Shown piece by piece: positions 1-10,360 of a stretch of DNA of 64,000 nt (the stretch's first letter is position 1; every line of letters starts with the position of its first letter). The notes below the pieces were generated by a model. That model searched no databases and was not told where the DNA came from. It saw nothing but the letters and a program-made list of their open reading frames with translations. The stretch spans positions 44,680 through 108,679 of the forward strand of contig CAZFSV010000001.1 of the NCBI GenBank assembly GCA_964522195.1. The letters are read 5' to 3'. Position numbers and translations under genes: made by a program. The stretch is from an uncultured Candidatus Saccharibacteria bacterium. Lineage in GTDB: Bacteria; Patescibacteriota; Minisyncoccia; Phycocordibacterales; UBA9973.

Positions 1-1
1 T

Positions 2-1066
2 GGACGTATTTTGCGTATGCATGCAAATGATCGTGAAGAAGTTAAAAAAGTTTTTGCTGGAGAAATCGCAGCAGCAGTAGGGCTTAAAGACACTATTACT
101 TCAGATACTTTGTGTGATGAAAATGCACCAGCAGAATTAAACCGTATTGTATTTCCAGAACCTGTTATCTCTCTTCGTATTGAACCTAAGACAAAAGCGG
201 ATCAAGAAAAAATGGGTATGGCGCTCAATCGTTTAGCGCAAGAAGATCCAACTTTCAAGGTTTCTACTGATCAAGAAACAGGCGAGACTATTATCGCAGG
301 TATGGGAGAATTACACCTTGAAATTATCGTTGATCGTTTAAAAAGAGAATTTTCTGTAGAAGCAAATGTTGGTAAACCTCAAGTTGCATATAGAGAAACT
401 ATTACAGCTACGGCAGACGCTGAAGGTAAATATATTAAGCAATCTGGAGGTCGTGGTAACTACGGTCACGTAAAAATTAAAGTTAAACCAATGGTAGCTA
501 TGACAAAAGAAGAAGCTGCCGATTTACCTAAAAATGTTAAAAGAGATGCAGAGTTTGAATTTGTTAATAATATAAAAGGAGGTGTTATTCCTCAAGAATA
601 TATTACTCCTTGTGAAAAAGGATTTAAAGAAGGCCTTGATCGTGGAGTTCTAGCTGGATTTAAAATGGTAAATGTTTCTGTTGATCTTTGGGATGGAAGT
701 TATCACGAAGTTGACTCAAACGAAATGGCTTTCAAAATTGCAGCTTCTATGGCTGTACAAGATGCATGTAAAACTGCTCGTCCTGTTATTTTGGAACCTA
801 TGATGAAAGTTGAGGTAGTCACACCTGATAAATTTATGGGAGATGTTACAGGTAATCTTTCCTCAAAACGTGGACTTATTGAAGGTATGGAATCTCGTGG
901 TATGAATCAGGTTGTTAAGGCTGTGGTTCCATTATCTGAAATGTTTGGATACATGACAGGTCTTCGTTCTATGACAGAAGGTCGTGCTTCATTCACTATG
1001 GAATTCTTGCGTTACGACATTGTACCTAATTCTGTAGCTGAAGGAATTATTGCTTCAAGAAAATAA
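2..1066 (+). CDS. fusA: Elongation factor G, C-terminal part (5' truncated by window edge)
   Basis: [51 protein letters not shown] and [15 protein letters not shown] motifs. Confidence 0.98.
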   Translation, partial: GRILRMHANDREEVKKVFAGEIAAAVGLKDTITSDTLCDENAPAELNRIVFPEPVISLRIEPKTKADQEKMGMALNRLAQEDPTFKVSTDQETGETIIAGMGELHLEIIVDRLKREFSVEANVGKPQVAYRETITATADAEGKYIKQSGGRGNYGHVKIKVKPMVAMTKEEAADLPKNVKRDAEFEFVNNIKGGVIPQEYITPCEKGFKEGLDRGVLAGFKMVNVSVDLWDGSYHEVDSNEMAFKIAASMAVQDACKTARPVILEPMMKVEVVTPDKFMGDVTGNLSSKRGLIEGMESRGMNQVVKAVVPLSEMFGYMTGLRSMTEGRASFTMEFLRYDIVPNSVAEGIIASRK

Positions 1067-1086
1067 TTTTAATTAAAAATATAATT

Positions 1087-1129
1087 AAATAATAAAAAGC
1101 GCGGGCAAAACCCGCGCTTTTTATTATTT
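1087..1129. terminator. Bidirectional intrinsic terminator after fusA
   Basis: AAATAATAAAAAGCGCGGG-caaaa-CCCGCGCTTTTTATTATTT perfect inverted repeat. Confidence 0.9.
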
Positions 1130-1164
1130 TAGAATTTTTTTTAATAATGTGTTATATTTAAAAT

Positions 1165-2247
1165 ATGTTTAACCAAGTAGATAATAAAATTGTCTCTATT
1201 TCAACTGGAACTATTTTTAGAACTTTTTTAATTCTTATAGCTTTATTTTTAGTGTGGTTTTTGCAAGATTTAGTTTTAGTTGTTCTAACTTCTATTGTTT
1301 TAGCTTCTTTTGTTGAAGCTTTTATTCCTTATTTTAGAAAAATAGGCATAGGAAGGGTTTTGGGAGTAGTTTTATTTTATATTGTTGGAGCGTTAATTTT
1401 TTCTGGTTTTTTCTATTTATTTGCTCCATTGCTGATCACAGAAATTTATAATTTTGCTAATTTCATTTCAACTTATATTCCAGGAGTGACTTTTCTTGAT
1501 TTTTTTCAAAATGATATTTTTGGAGGAGCTACTGATGTTATTGAAAATTTAGATGGTGATTTATCTCTTGCTTCACTTTTAACTATTTCAAAAACTTTTA
1601 TTGATAATTTATCCGGTGGATTTTTCCAAGTTTTTTCAAATATTTTCGGAGGTATTTTTAATTTTATTTTAATTATAATTATTTCTTTTTATCTTTCAGT
1701 AGAAGAGAAGGGTATTGAAAAATTTTTGAGAATTATTTTACCTATTAAGTATGAAGACTATGTAGTAGATCTTTGGAATCGTTCAAGGAGAAAAATTGCT
1801 TTATGGATGAAGGGCCAAATGTTCTTGGCTTTCTTGATTGCAGTTTTGATATATTTATTGCTCCTTTTAATAGGAATTAAATATGCATTATTACTTGCTT
1901 TGATTGCGGGAATTATGTCTTTCTTGCCTTATGGTTCTATTATTGCTTTAATTCCAGCTATATCTTTTTCTTATCTCTCTGGAGGATGGGAAGACGCAGT
2001 GTTAGTTTTTGCAGTTTATACAATTATACATCAGTTTGAAGTTTTCTTATTTACTCCTTTGATTATAAATAGAGTTGTAGGGCTTTCGCCTTTAATGGTA
2101 ATATTATCTGTTTTGGTTGGTTTTGAATTAGCAGGTTTTTGGGGTATGATACTTGCTATACCTGTATCAGTTTTTATTATGGAATTAATGAATGATGCAG
2201 AAAAGAAAAAAATAATTTTGCGTAATGCTGAAAAAAACAATGACTAA
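1165..2247 (+). CDS. AI-2E (PerM/TqsA) family transporter
   Basis: Multi-pass membrane protein; WMKGQMFLA, FLPYGS, TPLIINRVVGLSP and GFWGMILAIPV pattern. Confidence 0.9.
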   Translation: MFNQVDNKIVSISTGTIFRTFLILIALFLVWFLQDLVLVVLTSIVLASFVEAFIPYFRKIGIGRVLGVVLFYIVGALIFSGFFYLFAPLLITEIYNFANFISTYIPGVTFLDFFQNDIFGGATDVIENLDGDLSLASLLTISKTFIDNLSGGFFQVFSNIFGGIFNFILIIIISFYLSVEEKGIEKFLRIILPIKYEDYVVDLWNRSRRKIALWMKGQMFLAFLIAVLIYLLLLLIGIKYALLLALIAGIMSFLPYGSIIALIPAISFSYLSGGWEDAVLVFAVYTIIHQFEVFLFTPLIINRVVGLSPLMVILSVLVGFELAGFWGMILAIPVSVFIMELMNDAEKKKIILRNAEKNND

Positions 2248-3682
2248 AAAAACATTTTACTTAACAACAACACTTCCTTATGTAAACGCAGAACTTCATA
2301 TGGGTCATGCTTTAGAATTCATTCGAGCTGATGCTATAGCTCGCTACAAAAAACTTCAAGGTTTTGATGTGTTTTTTAATACTGGTACAGATGAGCATGG
2401 TATTAAAATTTTAGAAAAAGCTAGCGAAGAAGGTTTAGAGGTACAAGAATTTGTAAATCAAAATTTTTTAAAGTTTAAAGAGTCTTTATCTTCTTTTGGT
2501 ATGACTTCTGATTTAAATTTTATTCGTACCACTGATGAGAATCATGTTAAATTAGCACAAGAGTTTTGGAATAGGGTTTATGAGAATGGATATATTTATA
2601 AAAAGAATTACGAGGCGAAATATTGCGTAGGTTGTGAAAGTGAAAAAACTGACAGTGAATTAAATGAAAAAGGTTTTTGTCCAGATCATGATGGACGAGA
2701 ATTACAGACTATCAATGAAGAAAACTACTTTTTCAAATACAGTAGCTTTACTGAGAAGCTTTTAAAATTCTATGAAGAGAATCCTAATTTTATAATTCCA
2801 GAATTTAGATTTAATGAAATGAAAATGTTCGTTTCTCGTGGATTGCAAGATTTTTCTATTTCTAGACTAAAGTCTAAGATGCCTTGGGGAATACCAGTAC
2901 CTAATGATTCGGATCATGTGATGTATGTTTGGTTTGATGCCCTTACTAACTATATCAATACTTTAGATTGGCAAAATAATCCAGAGCAATTTAAAAAGTA
3001 TTGGATAGAAGGCAATCCGACTCAATATTGTGGTAAAGACAATACTCGTTTTCAAGGAGCTATGTGGCAAGCTATGCTTATGGCGGCAGACTTTCCGAAT
3101 TCAAGTCAGATAGTGGTGAACGGTTTTATTACTGGGGATGGAGGAGTGAAGATGAGTAAGACTTTAGGAAACGTTGTGAATCCAAGAGAGATAGCGGAGG
3201 AATATGGAACTGATGCATTAAGGTATTTTATGCTTCGTGAAATTTCTAGTTTTGAAGATAGTCCTTTTACTCGTGAGAGATTTCTTGAATCTTACAATTC
3301 AGGTCTTGCGAATGGTCTAGGGAATTTAACTAGTCGTATTTTAACTTTATCTGAAAAGTATTTGGATCAATGCCCAGAAATTTCTACCGAATCTATCCCT
3401 GAAGAATTTTTTGTACATTTGCAAGTTTTTGATATCAAAAGTGCTTGTGATTTTATATGGGAGAGAATAGGGGATTTAGATAAAAAAATTCAAGAGACAG
3501 AGCCATTCAAGGTTGTAAAAGTTGATTTAGAGAAAGGTAAAGAATTAATTTCTGAGATGGTACTCGAACTTTATAAAATAGCGAGGATGTTAAATCCAAT
3601 AATGCCAGAAAAGTCTGCAAAAATAATTGAATTAATAAAGAGTAACAAAAAACCCGAAATACCTCTTTTTTTAAGGAAATAG
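2240..3682 (+). CDS. metG: Methionyl-tRNA synthetase (short form without C-terminal tRNA-binding domain)
   Basis: TTTLPYVNAELHMGH (HIGH), GTDEHG, CxxC knuckle, YVWFDAL and KMSKT. Confidence 0.97.
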   Translation: MTKKTFYLTTTLPYVNAELHMGHALEFIRADAIARYKKLQGFDVFFNTGTDEHGIKILEKASEEGLEVQEFVNQNFLKFKESLSSFGMTSDLNFIRTTDENHVKLAQEFWNRVYENGYIYKKNYEAKYCVGCESEKTDSELNEKGFCPDHDGRELQTINEENYFFKYSSFTEKLLKFYEENPNFIIPEFRFNEMKMFVSRGLQDFSISRLKSKMPWGIPVPNDSDHVMYVWFDALTNYINTLDWQNNPEQFKKYWIEGNPTQYCGKDNTRFQGAMWQAMLMAADFPNSSQIVVNGFITGDGGVKMSKTLGNVVNPREIAEEYGTDALRYFMLREISSFEDSPFTRERFLESYNSGLANGLGNLTSRILTLSEKYLDQCPEISTESIPEEFFVHLQVFDIKSACDFIWERIGDLDKKIQETEPFKVVKVDLEKGKELISEMVLELYKIARMLNPIMPEKSAKIIELIKSNKKPEIPLFLRK

Positions 3683-3694
3683 TAATCATTATAT

Positions 3695-4048
3695 ATGAAA
3701 AATAAAACTATCTTGTGGAGTAAAATAATTATTTTCATTGAGTATCTTTTTTTGTTTATTCTTATAATTACACTTGCTAATTTCGAAAACTTAGGAGCTG
3801 TGATTGTTTTTATACCTTGGTTGTTTGTTGTTTCAATTATTATAAGTATAATTGGAATTTTACTAAGTATAAAAATGAAATTAGAAAACTTAGATGAAAA
3901 GATTGATGATTTGGGTCCTTTGGGACCTAAACCTCAGATATTTTATTCTTCTCAAAAACAGTTATTGTTTTATTCAATTTTGTTTTTACTCTTTAGCACT
4001 GCTGGGCTTGTATTAATTATCAATCAGTTCCACTTTAGCTTATTTTAA
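3695..4048 (+). CDS. Small hypothetical membrane protein
   Basis: 117-aa ORF with three hydrophobic segments, packed between metG and tatD. Confidence 0.7.
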   Translation: MKNKTILWSKIIIFIEYLFLFILIITLANFENLGAVIVFIPWLFVVSIIISIIGILLSIKMKLENLDEKIDDLGPLGPKPQIFYSSQKQLLFYSILFLLFSTAGLVLIINQFHFSLF

Positions 4049-4049
4049 T

Positions 4050-4838
4050 ATGCCAAAATACATAGATATACATTCACATATTAATTTAGAGCCTTTGTTT
4101 TCTAATAAAGAAGAAGTTATAGCAAAAATGAAAGAAAACGAAGTAGGAACTATCGTTATAGGGACTGATTTTGAAATATCAGAAAAAGCTATTGAAATAG
4201 CTGAAAAGTATGATTTTATTTATTCTGGAGTAGGGCTTCATCCGAATGATAATTTAAATGAGGAGTTTGATTATGAAAAGTATTTAGCTTTAGCTAAAAA
4301 TGAAAAAGTAGTCTGTATTGGAGAAACCGGACTGGATTATTTTCGGAATGAAGGAGAAGATTTTAAGATTCGTCAAAAAGAAATTTTTAAGCGTCATATA
4401 GAACTAGCTATAGAATTAAACAAACCTCTAATGATTCATGCTCGTCCGAGCAAGGGTAGCATGGATGCATATATCGATGCGCTTGATATTTTAGAAATTT
4501 ATAAAAAAGAAAATCCTGCACTTCACGCGAATTTTCACTTCTTTGTAGGAGATTTGGAAATTGCTAAAAGAATTATAGAAAATAATTGGACTGTGTCTTA
4601 TGATGGTCCTATTACTTTCTCGCATGACTATGATGAGGTTATTAAGTTTTTGCCAATAGAGAATATCATGGCGGAGACTGACGCACCTTTTGCTGCACCT
4701 GTGCCTTACAGAGGCAAGACTTGTGAACCCTTTATGGTTATTGAAGTTATAAATAAAATAGCCGAAATAAAAGGACTGGATTTAGAAATTACTACAACTC
4801 AAATTCGCGAAAATGCGAAAAGAATATTTAAGATTTAA
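4050..4838 (+). CDS. tatD: TatD family DNase
   Basis: IDIHSH, VGLHP, IGETGLDY and ETDAPF. Confidence 0.95.
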   Translation: MPKYIDIHSHINLEPLFSNKEEVIAKMKENEVGTIVIGTDFEISEKAIEIAEKYDFIYSGVGLHPNDNLNEEFDYEKYLALAKNEKVVCIGETGLDYFRNEGEDFKIRQKEIFKRHIELAIELNKPLMIHARPSKGSMDAYIDALDILEIYKKENPALHANFHFFVGDLEIAKRIIENNWTVSYDGPITFSHDYDEVIKFLPIENIMAETDAPFAAPVPYRGKTCEPFMVIEVINKIAEIKGLDLEITTTQIRENAKRIFKI

Positions 4839-7016
4839 TTATTCAAAATGAAAGTGATTTATTTTCTCTTTTATTTTTTGTTTTAAAATAGGATATTTTT
4901 TTAAATCTTGATCTTCTTTAATTATTTTTGTAGCTTCATTACGAGCAGCTTCTACCATTTTGATATTTTTAATTGCTTCCATAGCCATATCACTCACGCC
5001 CCATTGTTTAACTCCTGATAATTCTCCTGCTCCTCTTAAATTTAAATCAAGCTCAGATAATTCAAAACCATTTTTTGCTGTTTTGAGAGCTTGTAATCTG
5101 TCAATGGTTTTTTGGCTTTTTGCATCAGCAAAAATATAACAATAAGCTTGATGGTTTCCACGAATTACTCTACCTCGAAGTTGATGAAGTTGAGAGAGTC
5201 CAAATCTTTCAGCCCCTTCAATTATTATCATAGTAGCGTTAGGAACATTTACCCCAACTTCTATCACAGAAGTAGCAACTAAAATATTTATTTTCCCTTC
5301 ACTAAAATTTCTCATAATTTCTTCTTTTTTTTGCTTAGTCATTTTGGAATGCAAAACCCCAATTTCGTATTTTGGAAAAACATCTTTCTTTAATCTTTTT
5401 GCCTCCGCAATAGTGTTTTTAACATTTAATTTTATTTCCTGTTCTGGATCTGGTTCATCTATACGAGGGCAAATTACATAAAGTTGTCTTCCATTTTGAA
5501 GCTCTTTTCTAATTTCTTCGTAAGTTTGTTCTCTTTTGTTTGGGGTTATTATTTCAGTTATGATCGGTTTTCTACCCGTTGGCATTTCTTTTAAAAGTGA
5601 TAAGTCTAAATCTCCGTAAATTGTTAAAGCTAAAGTTCTTGGTATTGGAGTTGCTGTCATTGAAAGCAGGTGAGGATAAATACTGTCTTTTTTTACTAAT
5701 TCGCTTCTTTGTTTTGTTCCGAATCTGTGTTGTTCGTCTATAATAACTAATGCTAAATGTTTGAATTTTACATTCTTTTGAATTAAAGTATGAGTACCTA
5801 TTAAAATAGGTATTTCTCCATTTACCACCCATTTTAATAATTGAGATCTTGAAATATCTGTCCAGCCTTCAGGATTTATTTTAGAAGGGAACTTTCTGCA
5901 AGTTTTTCCTGTAATTAAACCAATATTAATACCTAAATTTTTAAAATATTTTATAAATGATTCAAAATGTTGGACTGCTAGTATTTCTGTCGGTACCATA
6001 TAGGCAACTTGCAAGTTACCAAAATCTTGTTTTTTATTAAGTTCTATATTAATAGGTTTTTCATTTATTACTGCATAACTAATTGCACCTGCCACTAAAG
6101 TTTTACCTGAGCCCACATCTCCTTCAAGTAGTCTTGTCATAGGATATTCTTTTTTTAAATCTTCTAAAATTGTATTTATAGAATAACTTTGAGAATCTGT
6201 TGGTTTGAAAGGAAAATTATTTAAAAAATTTTTTACTTCTTCTTGATTAATATTTATTTGAAAAGCTTTGTGTTTTTGATATTCTAAGCGAGCTTTTTGT
6301 CTTTCTAATTGTATAAAAAATACTTCTTCAAAAGCAAACCTTTTAAAAGCAATATCTCTGTCTTTTTTATTTTTTGGCATATGTATCCAAATTAAAGCTG
6401 TCTTTAGGCTAGGTAAATTATATTTCTCTAAAATTTCTTTTGGTATATAGTCTACTGCATTATCTAAACTTTTATCTTTAATAATTTTACTAACTGCATG
6501 ATAAAACCATTTTGAAGTTATTCCACGAGTTTCTCTATAAATAGGGTAAGATAGACCATATTCTTGTTTTTGTTCTTGATTAAATAAAGTGTCATGATGA
6601 TCTATTGGTAAATCAATTGTTTTTTCAATTTCAGGATTTACTAAATAAATTCCATTTTTATTTTGCATAATTTTTCCTGTTAATTTAACATTTTGACCTT
6701 CTTTTATCATTTTAGCTAAATAAGGTTGATTAAACCAAATTATTTTAATTTTACCCGTTAAGTCTTCTAGATAACCTTCACCTAGAGGAATATTGCTTTT
6801 GAAAGCTTTTTTGGTTTTTAGTTTTGAAATTTTCCCATAAATGGTTGCATTTTCTCCTCCAGTCAAATCAATAATATTTTTAATTTCACTAATATCGCTA
6901 TAACGTACAGGAAAGTAAAACAATAAGTCACTAATAGTAAAAAGCCCTAGTTTCTTTAGAGCTTTTTTTTGATTATCGTCTAGTCTAAATTTTTTTTCTA
7001 AATTTTCAGCAAGCAT
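4839..7016 (-). CDS. recG: ATP-dependent DNA helicase RecG
   Basis: RLLEGDVGSGKT, DEQHRFG, MTATPIPRTL and AERFGLSQLHQLRGRV. Confidence 0.97.
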   Translation of the reverse strand: MLAENLEKKFRLDDNQKKALKKLGLFTISDLLFYFPVRYSDISEIKNIIDLTGGENATIYGKISKLKTKKAFKSNIPLGEGYLEDLTGKIKIIWFNQPYLAKMIKEGQNVKLTGKIMQNKNGIYLVNPEIEKTIDLPIDHHDTLFNQEQKQEYGLSYPIYRETRGITSKWFYHAVSKIIKDKSLDNAVDYIPKEILEKYNLPSLKTALIWIHMPKNKKDRDIAFKRFAFEEVFFIQLERQKARLEYQKHKAFQININQEEVKNFLNNFPFKPTDSQSYSINTILEDLKKEYPMTRLLEGDVGSGKTLVAGAISYAVINEKPINIELNKKQDFGNLQVAYMVPTEILAVQHFESFIKYFKNLGINIGLITGKTCRKFPSKINPEGWTDISRSQLLKWVVNGEIPILIGTHTLIQKNVKFKHLALVIIDEQHRFGTKQRSELVKKDSIYPHLLSMTATPIPRTLALTIYGDLDLSLLKEMPTGRKPIITEIITPNKREQTYEEIRKELQNGRQLYVICPRIDEPDPEQEIKLNVKNTIAEAKRLKKDVFPKYEIGVLHSKMTKQKKEEIMRNFSEGKINILVATSVIEVGVNVPNATMIIIEGAERFGLSQLHQLRGRVIRGNHQAYCYIFADAKSQKTIDRLQALKTAKNGFELSELDLNLRGAGELSGVKQWGVSDMAMEAIKNIKMVEAARNEATKIIKEDQDLKKYPILKQKIKEKINHFHFE

Positions 7017-7017
7017 T

Positions 7018-7392
7018 TTAGCCAATTATAGATTTTATCTTTAGCACAAGTTCATCTAAAGTAAAATTGGATTTAACCATAAATTCGTTAACTCCTATTT
7101 TTTTGGTTTCTTTTATGTATGATTCTTCAGCTAGATTAGAAAAAACTATTATTGGAGTCGAAGAAACTTTTTGATTTTCTTTTATTTTTTTTAAAATATC
7201 AATCCCGCTAGTTCCAGGTAATAATAAATCTAAAAGAATTAAATCAATCTTATTTGCAGAATCTTCTATTTGCTTAAAAGCCATATCACTATTACCTGCA
7301 ACCAAGGTTGCGTAACCTTCTTTTGTTAATTTTTTTGCTTCTAATCCTTGTAAAAATTCATCGTCTTCTATTATTAGTATTGTTTTAGTCAT
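7018..7392 (-). CDS. Single-domain response regulator (REC)
   Basis: ILIIEDD, DLILLDLLLP and terminal K motif. Confidence 0.93.
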   Translation of the reverse strand: MTKTILIIEDDEFLQGLEAKKLTKEGYATLVAGNSDMAFKQIEDSANKIDLILLDLLLPGTSGIDILKKIKENQKVSSTPIIVFSNLAEESYIKETKKIGVNEFMVKSNFTLDELVLKIKSIIG

Positions 7393-7401
7393 ATAAATAA
7401 T

Positions 7402-7776
7402 TTATCCTATTAATTTTATTATTTTTTCAGCTAATTCATCTAAAGTAAAATTAGATTTTATTAAAAATTCATTTGCTCCTAAAGTGTTTGCTTTTTTTAT
7501 GTCTTCATCATTAAATAAATTAGAAAAAATGATTATTGGAACCATAGAATATTTTTCATCTTCTCTAATTTGTTTTAAAATTTCAAAACCATTGGTACCG
7601 GGTAATAATAAATCTAAAAGAATTAAATCAATCTGATTTGATCCATCTTTAATAAACTTAAAAGCATTTTCGCTGTTTATTGCAGGTAAAATATTATAAC
7701 CTTTTTCGGTTAATTTTTTACTTTCCATGCTTTGTAGGAATTCATCGTCTTCTATTATTAATATCGTTTTAGTCAT
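7402..7776 (-). CDS. Single-domain response regulator (REC), paralogue of the adjacent gene
   Basis: Same length and same N-terminus MTKTILIIEDDEFLQ as 7018-7392. Confidence 0.93.
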   Translation of the reverse strand: MTKTILIIEDDEFLQSMESKKLTEKGYNILPAINSENAFKFIKDGSNQIDLILLDLLLPGTNGFEILKQIREDEKYSMVPIIIFSNLFNDEDIKKANTLGANEFLIKSNFTLDELAEKIIKLIG

Positions 7777-7817
7777 TACTTTAATTATAAACTAATAAAA
7801 AAAAATGTAAATTTAAT

Positions 7818-8561
7818 TTATTTATATATAGGTACAGTAAAAAAGAAGGTTGTTCCTTGTTTTTGAGTACTTTCAAACCATATTTCACCACCCATTTTTT
7901 CTATAATTTGCTTAACTGTGTATAAACCAACCCCAGTTCCAGTAACTTCTCTTTTTTGAGCTTCTGTGTCTCGGTAAAATTTTTGAAATATTTTATCTTT
8001 ACCATCTTCTGATATACCTGTACCTGTATCTTTTACAGACATTTGTAAAAATTCACTTTCCTCCTTAATAGTTATAAAAACTTTTCCATTAGGATCGCTG
8101 TATTTAATTGCATTTTCAATAAGATTTTGTAATACTACTCGCATTTTCTCATTATCAACTTTTGCATATCTTATTTTCTGCTGAGGTTTTAAAAATATTA
8201 TTTCAATATTTTTCATATGAGCTTCTCCAGAAAAATCAAAAACAGTATTTTCGGTTAATTCCAGTAAATCAACTTCTTCAAAGTTATATGTTTTTTCTAT
8301 GATGTCTTCTGTTTTATTTGCTAGTAAGAGTTCATTTAAATTATTAATAGCTCTTTCATTTGTTTCATATCCTTTTTTTAATAAGTTTTCTTGTTCTGGA
8401 GTTAATTTACCTAAGTCTCCATCTAAAAACATTTTTATTATCCATTTTAATCCAGATAAAGATGTTTTAACTTGGTGAATTAAAATAGATACAATATCTG
8501 TTTTTTTAGTTATTACTTCTTTTAAACGTTCATTTTCTTTTTTTAATTCTTCAGTTTCCAT
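7818..8561 (-). CDS. Cytoplasmic histidine kinase (HisKA + HATPase_c)
   Basis: HQVKTSL H-box, NLIENAIKYS, DTGTGI and GTGVGLY; likely ATG at 8561. Confidence 0.92.
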   Translation of the reverse strand: METEELKKENERLKEVITKKTDIVSILIHQVKTSLSGLKWIIKMFLDGDLGKLTPEQENLLKKGYETNERAINNLNELLLANKTEDIIEKTYNFEEVDLLELTENTVFDFSGEAHMKNIEIIFLKPQQKIRYAKVDNEKMRVVLQNLIENAIKYSDPNGKVFITIKEESEFLQMSVKDTGTGISEDGKDKIFQKFYRDTEAQKREVTGTGVGLYTVKQIIEKMGGEIWFESTQKQGTTFFFTVPIYK

Positions 8562-8695
8562 CCTGTAGTGAATTTTCAAATTATTGTTAAAAACTTTATT
8601 TGAAAATATAATTAATTGTTAATAATAAAACTAAACTTGTATTTTATTTAAAACTATTACCCAGTAATTATTTGAAAATCTACTACCGGATCCAT
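8553..8695 (-). repeat. Conserved ~140-nt structured leader, copy 1 (copy 2 at 45385-45524), containing uORF MDPVVDFQIITG
   Basis: Near-identical to 45385-45524; 22-bp imperfect terminal inverted repeat; TATAAT at 8702-8707 on the minus strand. Confidence 0.9.
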
Positions 8696-8730
8696 CTTTT
8701 AATTATATCAATTTAATTATATTTATAAAA

Positions 8731-9621
8731 CTAGTCTAATTTAGTTAATAATTCTTTTAAATCTGTGTATTTATAAACAAATCCTTCTTTTTTAATTTTT
8801 GTATTATCTATGTTTTGTCCACCTATTAAAGCATCTATAAATTCACCATATAAAATATATCCAAAAATTCTAGGGATTCTCCATAAAATAAACCCTCCAT
8901 ATCTTTCTTTGAAAGTTTTCATAAATTCTTTTTGAGTAGGATTCGATGCAGCTGTATTGTAAATTCCGTTTAAATCCTTCTCTATGCTAAAAATATATAA
9001 ATCTACCAAGTCTTCTAAAGATATAAAAGGCATTCTTTGTAGTCCATTACCAAAATATCCTCCAATTTGTTTTTGGAAAAGATTTTTTAAAACTTTAGCT
9101 AAGCCACCTTGACCTATAACATGAGCTGTGCGTAATATTACAACTTTTGTATCTTTGTTTTGAATTTTAAGTGCTTCATTTTCCCAGTCTATGCAAACCT
9201 TAGCTAAGAAATCTTCTCCAGCTGTATTTTCTTCGTTTAATAATTCTTCTTTGCGGTTTCCATAATATCCTATAGCAGAAGCACTTACTAGAAATTTAGG
9301 TTTTTCTATAGTTTCTGAAATTGTTTTTACTATGTTTTTTGTGGTTTCTATTCTGGAATCATAAATTAATTTTTTGTATTTCTTTGTAAATCTTCCAAAT
9401 ATAGGTACACCTGCAAGATTTATAACTGCGTAAGAATTTTCCACAAGAGAATTATCAATTTTTTCACTCATTAAATTTATTTTTTTAAATTCTAAATTTT
9501 CATGAGAAATCGGAGTAGGGGAAATATCTAAAACTAGAACTTTGTAATTTTTTTCTAAAAGTTTTAAAGTTAAAGCTTTACCTACAAAACCCGAACCCCC
9601 TAAAATAATTATTTTTTTCAT
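8731..9621 (-). CDS. TIGR01777-type NAD-dependent epimerase/oxidoreductase
   Basis: GGSGFVG, VINLAG, SRIETT, SASAIGYYG and FLAKVCIDWE. Confidence 0.92.
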   Translation of the reverse strand: MKKIIILGGSGFVGKALTLKLLEKNYKVLVLDISPTPISHENLEFKKINLMSEKIDNSLVENSYAVINLAGVPIFGRFTKKYKKLIYDSRIETTKNIVKTISETIEKPKFLVSASAIGYYGNRKEELLNEENTAGEDFLAKVCIDWENEALKIQNKDTKVVILRTAHVIGQGGLAKVLKNLFQKQIGGYFGNGLQRMPFISLEDLVDLYIFSIEKDLNGIYNTAASNPTQKEFMKTFKERYGGFILWRIPRIFGYILYGEFIDALIGGQNIDNTKIKKEGFVYKYTDLKELLTKLD

Positions 9622-9746
9622 GTATAAATTATATCAGAGAAAATAATTTCTGGCGGTGTATGTGAGTTAAGTACCCACGCTATCAATGTTAATAAGGATA
9701 TTTTAGCATGTTTTTGACTAGGTCACTAAGGCAAGTGAGTCGGTCT

Positions 9747-10283
9747 TCATTTTTTAAAATCCCAGTTGTTTTCGTACTTTTCAGCTAACGGTGTTTTAAT
9801 TTTATACTTTTCTTTACTTACACCTAATCTAAAGTTTCTCATCTCGGTTATTTTAAACTTTTCCTTATTGTTTCTTTTTGTCTTTATCCATAATTCGCGC
9901 TCATCTTTAATATATTTAGCCACAACACTACTTGGCACAATATAAAATTTAAAATTTTCAGTTTTATTAGATATATTCACAAAGCAGTAAAACAAATCAG
10001 GATCTTTTATTGTTTCGTGTTTTTTATGCATTATCCAACCACTAACAGTTTTACCAAAAATTCTTGATTCAGATGTTTGATTTCGGTTATTTTTAAAGTT
10101 AGTTTTTACTTCTAATTTATACATCTTTTTTGTGAATGGATTTGAAACTAAGATGTCTACATTTTTTGTATTACCTAATGTCATATTTGCATCCAACCCT
10201 CGTAGTACAAGTTGTGAAAGCACGGCAAATTCTCCAGCCAGAGAAACAGAATTTCTATTTATTTTTTCTTTATTATTTTCCAT
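9747..10283 (-). CDS. PD-(D/E)XK restriction-endonuclease-like protein
   Basis: SLAGEFAV ... NVDILV ... KLEVKT motif order. Confidence 0.7.
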   Translation of the reverse strand: MENNKEKINRNSVSLAGEFAVLSQLVLRGLDANMTLGNTKNVDILVSNPFTKKMYKLEVKTNFKNNRNQTSESRIFGKTVSGWIMHKKHETIKDPDLFYCFVNISNKTENFKFYIVPSSVVAKYIKDERELWIKTKRNNKEKFKITEMRNFRLGVSKEKYKIKTPLAEKYENNWDFKK

Positions 10284-10360
10284 ATATAACTACATTTTAA
10301 CACTTTTTATAATAAGTTTAGACCATACCCACATAGACACAATAGACACCTCTTTATAGA

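Noticed and set aside
8562-8579. Shared N-terminal MKIHYR on ORFs 7818-8579 and 45498-45770
   Set aside because: This comes from a TTG inside the repeated leader. The likely starts are the ATGs at 8561 and 45516.
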